In this document: positions 1 to 10,555 of the stretch, piece by piece
Layout of the letters: every line of letters starts with the position of its first letter
Numbering within the stretch: position 1 is the stretch's first letter
Source of the DNA: a virus
IMG/VR virus record: IMGVR_UViG_3300045988_142085
Span: 160,001 to 224,000 of that record
Length of the DNA: 64,000 nt
Strand: one strand, 5' to 3'
Notes under the pieces: generated by a model
Database searches by the model: none
What the model saw: the letters and a program-made list of their open reading frames with translations, nothing else
What the model was told of the DNA's origin: nothing
Program-made: the position numbers and the translations under genes

Positions 1-70
1 TATCATACAGCTCTTGATTTAAGAGTTGTTCAGATCCACGACCTTGTTTAAATGTTCGATTTTTCTTCAT
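1..70 (-). CDS. 5' end of an ORF that continues past the window start (MKKNRTFKQGRGSEQLLNQELYD...)
   Basis: Reverse complement of 68..70 is ATG and the frame is open to position 1; same orientation as the whole operon. Truncated, so function unknown. Confidence 0.4.
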   Translation of the reverse strand, partial: MKKNRTFKQGRGSEQLLNQELYD

Positions 71-80
71 TGACTATCCC

Positions 81-701
81 TTAACCCATATTCTTCGGAG
101 CATAAATCATATATTGAAATTCGATATTAGCAGCACCGGTATTGCCGACATAAATGAAATTAGAATCTTTTTTAACCCATATATCGCCAGCTTTTGCTGC
201 GCTATGTAATGGCTTAATTGATACAAAATCAGGAGTGACACCGACATTTCTATCGTCGTGTAAATTATGCGGAATCCTAACTTCGTTAGACTTGCCTAAA
301 AATGTAGATTGACCTACTTTATATAAAATAATGTTGCCACCAAATAATCTATATTTATTTTTATATTTTAAATAAAAGCGTTTCTCGCCATTATGGAAAT
401 AAGCGTCGTTATGATTATCGATATCAAAATGATTATCGGTCGTAACAATTTTATCTATCTTATTATTATAGTTATCTTTATTAGCTTTAGATATAAATCG
501 ATGTAGATTGTTCGTCTTAATCGCTGTCGCTAATATTTTAATCTTTTTAATTTCTTCGATACTGGCAAGTTTATCGAATAAGCCCAAGTTTTTAATCGCT
601 TGGGCTTTATCGGCTAAATCATTTAAATTATAAAATATAGATACATAAGTAGAAAATGCTAAATCTTTTATTTCGTCTTTTAATTTAATTGACCATTTCA
701 T
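81..701 (-). CDS. small tail-fibre-like protein, paralog A (206 aa)
   Basis: Long ORF. Shares motifs with the next gene (AQAIKNLGLFDKLAS vs AAITNLGLYDKFIS; DKDNYNNKIDK vs DKNNWNNKLNK). The K-A-x-A-I-x-N-L-G-L collar motif is typical of phage fibre proteins. 4-bp ATGA overlap with the upstream gene. Confidence 0.55.
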   Translation of the reverse strand: MKWSIKLKDEIKDLAFSTYVSIFYNLNDLADKAQAIKNLGLFDKLASIEEIKKIKILATAIKTNNLHRFISKANKDNYNNKIDKIVTTDNHFDIDNHNDAYFHNGEKRFYLKYKNKYRLFGGNIILYKVGQSTFLGKSNEVRIPHNLHDDRNVGVTPDFVSIKPLHSAAKAGDIWVKKDSNFIYVGNTGAANIEFQYMIYAPKNMG

Positions 702-1342
702 CGATTAACACTTCCTAACGGATATACAATCATACACTGGAATGCACCAGTAAAGGAACCAGTGTTATAAATATTAATAAGTTCAGAAGTATAAGACACA
801 GATACTTCACCGAGGTCGCCGCCAGTATATTCGACACATTGAACATCGACGAAGATCGGAGAAATTAATGTACCATCTTCTCGTGTTTTAGTGTTACGAA
901 TAATAGTCGGTTGAGAATTACCAGAGAAGAACCCGTTAACGATTTTAATGTTATCGAGAGCAGAAGCACCGCCAATAAGGACGTTTTTATTATTTAAACC
1001 GATGTAAAACTTTTCGTTTGCTTCATCGTAACCAATTTGGTTTTCTTCTAATTGCGTCTGAATTTCGACTGGCTTATTTAATTTATTATTCCAATTATTT
1101 TTATCGCTATCGCTAACGAACTGATGGTCGGCATCGGTTTGAATATTTTCTGGTGTAAATACATCTGGTAAAAATCCAGATTGAAGAGCTTCTTTCGAAA
1201 TAAACTTATCGTAAAGGCCTAAATTAGTAATTGCTGCATCTTTATCTTTTACGTCAGATAAGTTTTTATTTCGATCGAGAATTTCGTCGGATGATATCGG
1301 AACCCACTTTTTAAGTTTGTCGACATAAACACTAACTTTCAT
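698..1342 (-). CDS. small tail-fibre-like protein, paralog B (214 aa)
   Basis: Paralog of 81..701 (tandem duplication). Same NLGL-containing N-terminal motif, divergent C-terminal beta-rich domain. Confidence 0.55.
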   Translation of the reverse strand: MKVSVYVDKLKKWVPISSDEILDRNKNLSDVKDKDAAITNLGLYDKFISKEALQSGFLPDVFTPENIQTDADHQFVSDSDKNNWNNKLNKPVEIQTQLEENQIGYDEANEKFYIGLNNKNVLIGGASALDNIKIVNGFFSGNSQPTIIRNTKTREDGTLISPIFVDVQCVEYTGGDLGEVSVSYTSELINIYNTGSFTGAFQCMIVYPLGSVNR

Positions 1343-1355
1343 TTAATCGACCTCC

Positions 1356-2897
1356 TTAAACTACTGCAGGACCAGCTACACGAACAATACGACACATTTG
1401 AGGAAGACCTTCCTTACCTGTAAATGTATATGTTTCAGGAAGCATGATAGTATTAATATTATCACATGCTACAAATGCACCATCTCTAATAGTTTTTACG
1501 GACGGTAAAAATACAGAATGTAAATTAGTACAATTCTTAAATGCAGAAGCATTTACATTTGTTATAGCCGGAAACTCTAAATGCATAATTGTTTCACAGT
1601 CGTGAACAGCATTAGAAGCAATGCCGACATATGCTGTCGTTGTTTTCGCAGCATTTTCTGTATAAGAAGCAGAAATAGTATCGGCTTGAACGATAGTCGT
1701 AGAACCCGTTATGCTAAGAGTTTCGATAGAATCGTCAGACGTAATATCGTCGATTAAAGAATTACCGAGGCCAGAAATATAAGACAATGTTTTAATAACG
1801 TCGATCGCATCAAGATCTTTTAAAGATTTTGCGTAATTACTATTAACTGCCATAGAAGCAAATTGAGTATTAACGTTATTTAACTGTGCATTATTCGATG
1901 CAACAGAAATAGCGACATCTTTTAATCCTTTATATAAAGCGAATAAAGATTGAATAACGGTCGCCTTATTGTTAGTATTAACATTATCTAACAAATTTTG
2001 AATATAAGTCTGATAATCGAGATTGTTAAGTAACGTATAATCACCGACATAAGTCGTTTTTAATGTATCAACAAAACCGGCGGCTAATGCTTGATTAACG
2101 AGAGTGTTAATACGAGAATTAATATTAACATTTAATTGATCGATCGTATTAAGTTTAGCCTGAATACTAGCATCAAGATCTGCCATATTAATATCGTTAT
2201 CTAAACGACGATATTCAGATAAGTCATTTCTAACGACTACATTATCTAATTTACTATAATTAGACTGAAGAGAAATAATTGCAGGACGTAATGTATCATT
2301 AACATCGTTCACGGTAATCTTTTGATCTTGTAAACGGTATCGAGCATCGGCAAAATCTCTTGTAATAGCAGTGTTAGGTAAATCGCTGATAATACGTTTT
2401 AATTGTTCGATATCGTTAGCGACGAAATTAAGGCCAGCAAATGTCGTATTTAAAGCATTTACCTTATCTATAATATTACGGATTTGAGTTTGAAATTCTT
2501 CACTTAAATCTGTTAATTGAAGCTTTTCAGATTTAGCACGATATTTATTATCGGCATCTGAAATATTTAATTTAGTTAATAATGCATCTGCGAAATCTTG
2601 CATATCATCGATAAGAGATTGCATTTCTGCATTAAGCATTTCTTTTGTTAACTTATCAGAAGTTTTATTAAACCATCCAGTTTTCGTAGCAGAGTTTTTT
2701 TCGAGAGAAATTACTCGATTACGAATCTCGGAGTCATCATAAGAGATGACTCCTTGAGATGCGTTTCCGATATTAGTTAACAATGTTTTTAATGAAGCGT
2801 CCAATTGATCCATATGGACTTGAGTTAAATTGCTGACTTGATTGATCTTATCTTGAAGATCTTTAGACAGCATAAATTCTTCTATTTTTTTAGCCAT
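1356..2897 (-). CDS. coiled-coil fibre protein with C-terminal BspA-type leucine-rich repeat (513 aa)
   Basis: N-terminal two-thirds is heptad-rich (many L/I/N/D/Q repeats). C-terminus reads AFKNCTNLHSVFLPSVKTIRDGAFVACDNINTIMLP, the AF-x-C-x-L-x-x-[IV]-x-[IL]P-x-S[VI]-x-x-IG-x-x-AF-x-x-C pattern of BspA-type LRRs (LRR_5). Confidence 0.6.
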   Translation of the reverse strand: MAKKIEEFMLSKDLQDKINQVSNLTQVHMDQLDASLKTLLTNIGNASQGVISYDDSEIRNRVISLEKNSATKTGWFNKTSDKLTKEMLNAEMQSLIDDMQDFADALLTKLNISDADNKYRAKSEKLQLTDLSEEFQTQIRNIIDKVNALNTTFAGLNFVANDIEQLKRIISDLPNTAITRDFADARYRLQDQKITVNDVNDTLRPAIISLQSNYSKLDNVVVRNDLSEYRRLDNDINMADLDASIQAKLNTIDQLNVNINSRINTLVNQALAAGFVDTLKTTYVGDYTLLNNLDYQTYIQNLLDNVNTNNKATVIQSLFALYKGLKDVAISVASNNAQLNNVNTQFASMAVNSNYAKSLKDLDAIDVIKTLSYISGLGNSLIDDITSDDSIETLSITGSTTIVQADTISASYTENAAKTTTAYVGIASNAVHDCETIMHLEFPAITNVNASAFKNCTNLHSVFLPSVKTIRDGAFVACDNINTIMLPETYTFTGKEGLPQMCRIVRVAGPAVV

Positions 2898-2941
2898 TGA
2901 TTAACCTCTAGTACTAGAAATAATATATTATCGTTGTTATA

Positions 2942-3604
2942 TTACGGGTTTTCTTCCGTATTAACTTCTTTTTTATCGCTTAAAACAACGGCCATGGATT
3001 TATCGAACAGTTGATCTTCTGGCATATTTTTATCGATAAAAATATTATAACCAGGCTGAGTCATTTTATATATGTCATAATATTGAACATCGACCCAACA
3101 TCCAGGAACTAACACGTCGAGATCGATACCGATTCTTCGACTCGTTAATTCTTGTAGCTTATAATTCTTATCGTTACATTCGATCGTATTATTAATTGTT
3201 GCCGAAATTAAATTCTTATTTTGGATATAAGATCCTTTATCGAGTTCAAATACAGCAAACCAATCTTTTTGATAACGATAAATAAATTTATGTCGACGTT
3301 CATTTCTGTGATTTATATAAGTAATTGTATCGTTTTCTTTATCGATATCGATAACTAAAAATGGTTCTTTTATAATACGATTGCCGTGGATAATTAAATT
3401 AGAATCTTTAGTTAAGACTTCTTCAACCGGAGCCCAATCAGTTTTGCCTTCTAATTTAATTTTTACTTTACCGTTTTCTTCATCGACCAATAAAGATCCA
3501 TTAGGCAATAAATCCCATTTATAATCACTATCGCTATACACAAAAGTAGCACGACCATTACTTATTAATCGAGAAGTTATTTTTTTACTTTGTTTAACTG
3601 GCAT
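2942..3604 (-). CDS. fibre/baseplate-attached protein with shared N-terminal anchor domain (220 aa)
   Basis: N-terminal ~180 aa are homologous to the N-termini of the 603-aa and 1706-aa proteins (DLLPNGSLLVDEENGKVKIKLEGKTDWAPV; FELDKGSYIQNKNLISATINNTIECN). Confidence 0.6.
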   Translation of the reverse strand: MPVKQSKKITSRLISNGRATFVYSDSDYKWDLLPNGSLLVDEENGKVKIKLEGKTDWAPVEEVLTKDSNLIIHGNRIIKEPFLVIDIDKENDTITYINHRNERRHKFIYRYQKDWFAVFELDKGSYIQNKNLISATINNTIECNDKNYKLQELTSRRIGIDLDVLVPGCWVDVQYYDIYKMTQPGYNIFIDKNMPEDQLFDKSMAVVLSDKKEVNTEENP

Positions 3605-3615
3605 TTATTTAACTC

Positions 3616-5427
3616 CTATAAATGATCTAAACTACTACTAGGGAATTCTAATTTTTGGTCGATATAAGAATATGCCGATAATTCAAATATAGTATCTGAC
3701 TTAGTTTCCCATGGGTTATTAGGATCAGTACCAATATGATCTAATATTTGACTATATATCGGAACTAAATAAGTATATGTATTTCCGACTTGTTTAATTA
3801 AACGAACACGGCCTTGAGTTCTTGCATCAGCTATCTTAGGAATAATCTGAACATTCATTACTGTATTCGGAACGATTAAATTTAATTTCTGATACTTAAC
3901 ACCGGCAATTGTTCGAATTGGATCACTACTTAATTGAAGATATGCCCTAATTTCTTTTGTTCGCTTAGGCTGAATGCTTGTTGTCGCTACAGTTGATGCG
4001 GCATTTTCTCTTGCGTCGCTAGCCATAAAAGAAACATATTGCATATTATTAGACAATGATACATTATATTCATAATCATAATATGTTTTGCCATCTTCTT
4101 CACCGTTCGTCGATGTAACGTATCTTAAATTTTCTGGGTTATTAGAAGCCGTAATAAGAGTAAGCTCTTTATTATAAACAGTACGAACAGATAATTTAGC
4201 TGTTTGATTATAAATATCAGGAACAAGATATTCTTTAGATACGATTCTAATCGGAATTTCGACTGGATCTTTTGCTTCGATTAGAATACGTTCTAATTTA
4301 AAAGAAAGTTTTCCTTGCTTATGAGCTGTAATGTCGACATAATAAGATTTATTTTTTCTATCGAAACTAACGTCGTATCCGTTGTTTGGAATAAATCTAA
4401 CGTTAGAAGTATCAGCAGTACTATATATAGTAAACTTTAAATCAGATTCACCGATAAGATGTAAACTCGTTTTATTTTTAGATAATTGCAAATTTTGTAA
4501 TGCAATACTTACTTTAGAAGTAGAATGAATATCTCGAGTAACTTCGTTAGTTAGATAATCATTGTTCTCGCCGACAATTCTTAACGTATAAATTTCATTA
4601 TATGCCAACGGAACTTTAATTGTCGTCCAAGATCGATTACTTATTTTTGTCGCAGCTAAATCATCGCCTTTATAAATCTTAAAAGTACTATTGCTAATAG
4701 ATTTTAACAAAATAGAAAGTTGCATCGAATTATAATCGTATCGAATATATGGAGTAATCGGAAGCTTTTGCTTCATATGTTCACTACGCTTACTATTAAT
4801 CCAAAAATCACCAGGCTCAGGATTAGCAGGCTCGTCTTCTTGATTGTAGAATCGAGGGACTGGATTACCGACACGATATCGTTCGACATAATAGACATCG
4901 ATTTCACATCCTTGCTCTAACTGTGTAGAATTAAGAACAAAATGAGTACTATCAAGTTCTTTAAGAGTTTTAGTGGCCGGAGAACACTCGATCGCATTAT
5001 TAATTAATGCTTTAATATGATGATTGCCAGGAATATATTGACCTTTATCTAACTCAAATACAAAGTTGTCTTGTCGAGTTAATTTAGATTCCTTATATAC
5101 ACCATTAATAGAATAATATAACTTACCTTCTATACGATCATAGTCGATAAAGATAATTTTTTCACAAACCATCCTAGATGATTCCTCAACTATTAATGAT
5201 TCACTAGCGGGTAGCTTAAGTGCTACCCAACTAGGACCATATTTAGAAAATGGATCTTTAGGATCTTGATTATCGACATTGTATTTTAATTTAATACCGA
5301 TATTATTATCTTTAGGATCGACAACTATTGTACCGAATTTTGCGGAGTTCCAATCATATGTTTCATAGTCATGATATATAATAGGAAGACCTATTGTTTT
5401 TTCAAAATAATCATTAAGCTTAGACAT
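3616..5427 (-). CDS. tail fibre / receptor-binding protein with shared N-terminal anchor domain (603 aa)
   Basis: N-terminus (FELDKGQYIPGNHHIKALINNAIECS) is paralogous to the 220-aa and 1706-aa proteins; long divergent C-terminal region. 8-bp overlap with the upstream gene. Confidence 0.6.
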   Translation of the reverse strand: MSKLNDYFEKTIGLPIIYHDYETYDWNSAKFGTIVVDPKDNNIGIKLKYNVDNQDPKDPFSKYGPSWVALKLPASESLIVEESSRMVCEKIIFIDYDRIEGKLYYSINGVYKESKLTRQDNFVFELDKGQYIPGNHHIKALINNAIECSPATKTLKELDSTHFVLNSTQLEQGCEIDVYYVERYRVGNPVPRFYNQEDEPANPEPGDFWINSKRSEHMKQKLPITPYIRYDYNSMQLSILLKSISNSTFKIYKGDDLAATKISNRSWTTIKVPLAYNEIYTLRIVGENNDYLTNEVTRDIHSTSKVSIALQNLQLSKNKTSLHLIGESDLKFTIYSTADTSNVRFIPNNGYDVSFDRKNKSYYVDITAHKQGKLSFKLERILIEAKDPVEIPIRIVSKEYLVPDIYNQTAKLSVRTVYNKELTLITASNNPENLRYVTSTNGEEDGKTYYDYEYNVSLSNNMQYVSFMASDARENAASTVATTSIQPKRTKEIRAYLQLSSDPIRTIAGVKYQKLNLIVPNTVMNVQIIPKIADARTQGRVRLIKQVGNTYTYLVPIYSQILDHIGTDPNNPWETKSDTIFELSAYSYIDQKLEFPSSSLDHL

Positions 5428-8400
5428 ATTTAATTTTAACTCCTAAGACTGTTTCTTCGTAATTTCTACGCGCTCTTCCTTTAACGATAATTTCTTCAAG
5501 AGCAGGCCATCTCATTTTTTCAATAACTCTCTTATCGCTAATCCAATAACCATTCTTATCATTTAAATAATGAGAACCTCCGACAGCATTACTAATATCT
5601 CTTGAAGGTTTATAATAGCTATCTTCTAATGTTATTGTTAATTTCTTTATTTTTATATCGGATAAGTTTATCGATTTATCGAATAGATAGTATCGATAAT
5701 TTGGAACCAGTATTTCTAGTTCTAAATTATTTATAACGCCTTCGGACTCTTCTTTTGTAAAGTATGAATTATAATAGCCATTAGATTTACCAAGAAAATC
5801 TTCAATAAAATAACTTGTAGGTTTAATAAAATCATAATCATCATTTATCGGGAAGAATTTGAAATTATCTTTTTTCGCAAAGAAAGACATTTTAGGATTA
5901 CCGATGTCTAAATGATTTTTATCGGCGGTGTATCCATATTTTTCACAATAGAAATATTGCAAATTTGGAGCAATAACAATATAATTATCGTTATTACTTT
6001 TCATTAAATCTACATTAAAAACTTTATCTGTAAATTCTAATATTTCTAACGAAGTAGATCTTATATTGATTTTATTAAATTTCTGATAATAGAACGATGC
6101 AGCAATAAGTATATTGCTATTAATATTTAACTCTTTAATATTCTTATTATCACGGAAAGTTGAATATGGAATATTGACGAATCGATTTATTATCTTATCG
6201 ATTTCTTGTTGACTTATATTTGAATTAGCAAATACAGAATCATTTAATGTAATACCTTGATCATCTTGTGGATTTGTTAAACCAAGAAAACTTTTATCTA
6301 GATTAATTTGATTACCCAAATGATCGATGGTTATATTTCTGTTTTTGTAAACAAAAGATAGACCGTCAGAAGAATTGTAGAAAGAAGCATATCTAAAATT
6401 ATCTATATAATTTAAATTAACGTCTGCTTTTAAAAGTTTTGCTCCTCTAAAGAATTCTGCCGGGATAACATTAGTTGCGCATAAGACAAAGTCTAAATTA
6501 TCTATTGTTTTTAAGTTTTGGCAATCATCAAATGGTTCAACAGCAGTATTTCTGTATGTATTTTTTAAGTCTACAGTCGCTAAATATACACTAGGGAAAG
6601 TTATTTTTTTAACGCTTGAAGATTCAAAATCATGTGTATACAAATAATAATTTGTAAAATAAGATAAATCTATTTCTTTTAATTTTCTTGTAAATCTAAA
6701 ATGCCCGAAAAGATCATACCTGCCAATGCCGTCATTAATAATTTTATTTTTATTTAAATTATGCTTTGTAAAATAAAGATCGTAATTTATAGTTAACCCT
6801 AAATAAGTATCGTTATGCTTATTATCATATCTTATCGGATTATGATTTTCATCGACAAATGTTACGCTATCGCAATTATAATCAATTTGTTCGACGGAAG
6901 AATAATTAAAGAATACATCAGATATACCAATATCTTTAGTCGAAGTTAATAAAACCTTAAACGGATCTGAAAGATAATTTGGCAATGGACAAATTTGTTC
7001 GACAATATCTAAATCTTCTTTTATTGGATTTTTTATTGTAGTAAGTCCACTAGAATTACCTAAGAATGGATTATATTTTCTATTCCCAAATTCAAATGTA
7101 TTTGAAGTCCCAATATTAAATGCTGTTATGCCAAAATTAATTGGATACCGAAAAGCATTATCTCCAATATTGTGTAATCTACCATAATTAAAGAAAATTG
7201 AAGAATAATAAGAATTACAAAGAGCACCTTCTCCAATAGAATCTAATTTGTCAGTATAAATAAGATTATTATAAAACCAAACATTTTTATTTGAGTTAAA
7301 GTTACTCGGAATATTTTTCATCTTACAGAATAAAAGTTGATTCTTAGAAGATATTGGATATATTTCAGGATAAAATGAATGAGTCTCGTTAGGATAATAT
7401 TCTTTAAAGATCTTCTTTATTTTTTCTTTCCAATCTAAAGAATTTATCTTATTTCCAATAATGATATCGTCAATATTATCTTGTTCGATATCTAAAACAA
7501 TCGTGTCGTCAACAGTATAATAATCTTCAAAATATCCAGTAGAAAGAATAGAATAAGAAGCATTTAGATAAGCAAACATTTGTGGATACAACAATAAGTT
7601 ATGTTTAAATGTAAGAACTGGAGCTTTCCCATTATCGTCAAATATTTTATTTCCGTAATAAAGATAATTACTCCATATTTCACGAATATCGACGATATGT
7701 TTTGGCAATTCTAAATTATATTTAGTTCTAACTTTAGAAATAAATTCATCACTTTTTTGTTCTGATTCTCTTCTATCTTCTTCTGTGTTATCGCCAATAT
7801 ATTTTGTAAACTTATAAGCAGCAACTATTATTTGCAAAAATAAATTAGGATGAATATACTTTATATGGTCATTAACTTGTTTATACGTAAATAATTCTTT
7901 TAAAAGTATTCTTTGACTATTTGATTTATTAGAAGCATTATTTACATCTGAATGTTTAATCTTGACTGATCTAAGTTTATTTTGAATATCCTGATAATCA
8001 TTAGACTCCGTAGAATATTCACTAAATTTATCTATATTTTTCCAATGTAAGATAGTTGTCGGAATATTAATATCATTAGTTGCTTTATTGTTAACTTTAA
8101 TATTAATATTTCTATTTTCCATTAAGTCATAGAAATTATCGACTTTAAAAATAAAGTAATAAGATCCATTATTGCCTTCATATGCGTTAGATAAATAATC
8201 ATTAATCGTAGGCAAAACCGTTAACGTTTCTTCGTTCGATAAATCATCTTTACCATAAAATTCCAAATAAGAAGATTTGGAGCCATTAATTTTATCTAAA
8301 AGATTTGACCCAAGATATTTAATAGGCTTAGCATTAGAGCCACCATAAGATAACGTTAAGTTATTTTGAATCTCTGGATGAGTATCGAGAGTTAAGTGAA

Positions 8401-10540
8401 CCCTATCTAAATCTTCTGTTGTCTTGTATATTTTAACTTCTAATACTTGATATGCATCAGAATTATACATATCGGCATATGGATTAATAACGTAAGTATT
8501 TAATAACTCGATCTGATGTTCAGGCAGATGAGCGCCAACTACTGTTCTCGTTATTTCTTGATCGTTATATAACGGATGAGTACAAACAAATTTTACTGTA
8601 TAATCGTTATTCTTTTGTCGGAAAGAATAATAACGACCAGCAAAATAACGCATTGTTTCATTTGATGTCGTGACAATACTATCTGTATTATCTTTAGTTT
8701 TAATTATATTATTGTCTGCATCATATGCTGTAATCGTAGAACCTTTCACATAATCGAATGATACGTCCCAAATTCGGTTATTAAACGTTACGTTATTTAC
8801 ATTAAAAGGAGTCGGTGCATTTACTTTTTTATATCCTTCAACAGTAACTGTTTTAGACTCTGGAACTTTATTAGTTTTATTAGCTTCGACAGTAAAGGTT
8901 TTAACCTCGGGATAATAAAATAACGGAATTCTATAAACATGATCTTCTACAGATAAGTTGCTCGGAACTCTCGTATGAATAATTGTCCCAGACGCGTCTT
9001 TAACAACGATAGTAGAACCTGATTCTGCCTGGATGTCTAAAGCTTTCGTGCCTTCATATTCACCAGTTAAGCCATCTCTTCCGTCGACTACACTAACACT
9101 AAGAGGCGTTCTAGGAGTATGAAGTAATATTTCGATATTTTTACTAATTGTATTATCTGCTTTATCGTTAGAAACTGTTGCCGTATATGTTTCAGCTCGT
9201 TCTGCTAAAGGAATATTTACTATATATTTACCGTTATCGTCAACAACAATATCTCTAGCTATTACTCCACCAGAGCCAGGGCCAATACCCATAATAGTAA
9301 CTTTTGATCCAGGTAATGTTGTCACAGTAACTTTTGTCCCGGCAGGTGTCGTGACATAATCGATATCGGCCGTTAAAATAATTTTTCGACGATCGACAAC
9401 TAAAGTCTTTTCTTTACTTAACCCATTACTAGGATTACGAACTATAACAGTAATTTCATATTGATCTTCTTCACGAGGTAAATTATATTGAACTCCCATA
9501 CCAATATTTTGAGAAGCATATAATTTTTTACCGTCACGTTTAAATGTTACGGTATTACCGATTTGAGTTTTTACAGAAGCTCTAGCCATTAGAGAATTAG
9601 GATATAACATTTCAGCATCTAATGTTAGCTTATCTGTTTCAGTTTGAGTGCCTTTAATTAATGCTTTACTATAGTTAGTTTGATAACCAAAGTAAGTCGA
9701 GAAAAGATTTAAATAATAATCGTGTACTTTACGCGGCACTTTAAATTTAGTAATGCTACGTTTAGTAGTATCGTTAAAATATTCGTCTCGACGATGTGTC
9801 GCAATTAATCGAGATTTCTTAGTCGTGAAAACTGTAACTTCGGCATGTGCAGGATCATCGGCTGGATAAGAAACTGTGTAACTCATCGGTGTAATCGCTA
9901 AACCGTCTTCAGAAACATTTTCTGCCGTATTGATCCAAATGTCTTTATCTTCGAAGAACCAAGGGTGTCTTTCTTGAATAAAGATAAACGGATATAATTC
10001 GCTCAAACGTTCATAATTAATATATCGAACTGTAACAGTAGAACCTAATCGGATATCGTCAGCATCGATTTGGAAATACTTCATATTAATTTCTTCGAGG
10101 CTATCGTCTAAAGTGTTACATCTTACAGTATCGTTAATTAATACTTCTAATTGATTTGTTCCTGGAATATATAATCCAGAGCCAACTTTAAATTGTGCTT
10201 TACCGTCGATTAATTTACCGATACGAGTAATTTCTTCACGGTCATGATAATAAAATCGATTATGTTCTAGTTCGAATTTAACGATTGTATAATATTCGAC
10301 ATTGATTACGGCGTCTTTAACAAGCTTATCTGTACCATCTTTACGAATACCCATCGGTACCCAGTCAGATTCGCCAGTTAATTTAATACTAAGATTACCA
10401 GTCTTATCGTTTACTAATAACGATCCATCAGGAATATCGGCCCAATAATAGTTATCTTTTTCGCTATCAGTAATAATAATAGCTGTATCTTTACTTATGC
10501 TGTATTCATTTAATTTTCGAATACCCCAAGTAGGTTTCAT
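5420..10540 (-). CDS. giant tail fibre / adhesin (1706 aa): shared N-terminal anchor domain plus BspA-type LRR region
   Basis: N-terminus ADIPDGSLLVNDKTGNLSIKLTGESDWVPM / FKVGSGLYIPGTNQLEVLINDTVRCN is paralogous to the 220- and 603-aa proteins. C-terminal third has repeated IG-x-x-AF-x-x-C-like LRR motifs (LDSIGEGALCNS..., LHNIGDNAFRY..., FPSVYLATVDL...EPFDDCQNLKTIDNLDFVLCATNVIPAEFF). Confidence 0.6.
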   Translation of the reverse strand: MKPTWGIRKLNEYSISKDTAIIITDSEKDNYYWADIPDGSLLVNDKTGNLSIKLTGESDWVPMGIRKDGTDKLVKDAVINVEYYTIVKFELEHNRFYYHDREEITRIGKLIDGKAQFKVGSGLYIPGTNQLEVLINDTVRCNTLDDSLEEINMKYFQIDADDIRLGSTVTVRYINYERLSELYPFIFIQERHPWFFEDKDIWINTAENVSEDGLAITPMSYTVSYPADDPAHAEVTVFTTKKSRLIATHRRDEYFNDTTKRSITKFKVPRKVHDYYLNLFSTYFGYQTNYSKALIKGTQTETDKLTLDAEMLYPNSLMARASVKTQIGNTVTFKRDGKKLYASQNIGMGVQYNLPREEDQYEITVIVRNPSNGLSKEKTLVVDRRKIILTADIDYVTTPAGTKVTVTTLPGSKVTIMGIGPGSGGVIARDIVVDDNGKYIVNIPLAERAETYTATVSNDKADNTISKNIEILLHTPRTPLSVSVVDGRDGLTGEYEGTKALDIQAESGSTIVVKDASGTIIHTRVPSNLSVEDHVYRIPLFYYPEVKTFTVEANKTNKVPESKTVTVEGYKKVNAPTPFNVNNVTFNNRIWDVSFDYVKGSTITAYDADNNIIKTKDNTDSIVTTSNETMRYFAGRYYSFRQKNNDYTVKFVCTHPLYNDQEITRTVVGAHLPEHQIELLNTYVINPYADMYNSDAYQVLEVKIYKTTEDLDRVHLTLDTHPEIQNNLTLSYGGSNAKPIKYLGSNLLDKINGSKSSYLEFYGKDDLSNEETLTVLPTINDYLSNAYEGNNGSYYFIFKVDNFYDLMENRNINIKVNNKATNDINIPTTILHWKNIDKFSEYSTESNDYQDIQNKLRSVKIKHSDVNNASNKSNSQRILLKELFTYKQVNDHIKYIHPNLFLQIIVAAYKFTKYIGDNTEEDRRESEQKSDEFISKVRTKYNLELPKHIVDIREIWSNYLYYGNKIFDDNGKAPVLTFKHNLLLYPQMFAYLNASYSILSTGYFEDYYTVDDTIVLDIEQDNIDDIIIGNKINSLDWKEKIKKIFKEYYPNETHSFYPEIYPISSKNQLLFCKMKNIPSNFNSNKNVWFYNNLIYTDKLDSIGEGALCNSYYSSIFFNYGRLHNIGDNAFRYPINFGITAFNIGTSNTFEFGNRKYNPFLGNSSGLTTIKNPIKEDLDIVEQICPLPNYLSDPFKVLLTSTKDIGISDVFFNYSSVEQIDYNCDSVTFVDENHNPIRYDNKHNDTYLGLTINYDLYFTKHNLNKNKIINDGIGRYDLFGHFRFTRKLKEIDLSYFTNYYLYTHDFESSSVKKITFPSVYLATVDLKNTYRNTAVEPFDDCQNLKTIDNLDFVLCATNVIPAEFFRGAKLLKADVNLNYIDNFRYASFYNSSDGLSFVYKNRNITIDHLGNQINLDKSFLGLTNPQDDQGITLNDSVFANSNISQQEIDKIINRFVNIPYSTFRDNKNIKELNINSNILIAASFYYQKFNKINIRSTSLEILEFTDKVFNVDLMKSNNDNYIVIAPNLQYFYCEKYGYTADKNHLDIGNPKMSFFAKKDNFKFFPINDDYDFIKPTSYFIEDFLGKSNGYYNSYFTKEESEGVINNLELEILVPNYRYYLFDKSINLSDIKIKKLTITLEDSYYKPSRDISNAVGGSHYLNDKNGYWISDKRVIEKMRWPALEEIIVKGRARRNYEETVLGVKIKYV

Positions 10541-10555
10541 TATTTAAAGGCCTCC

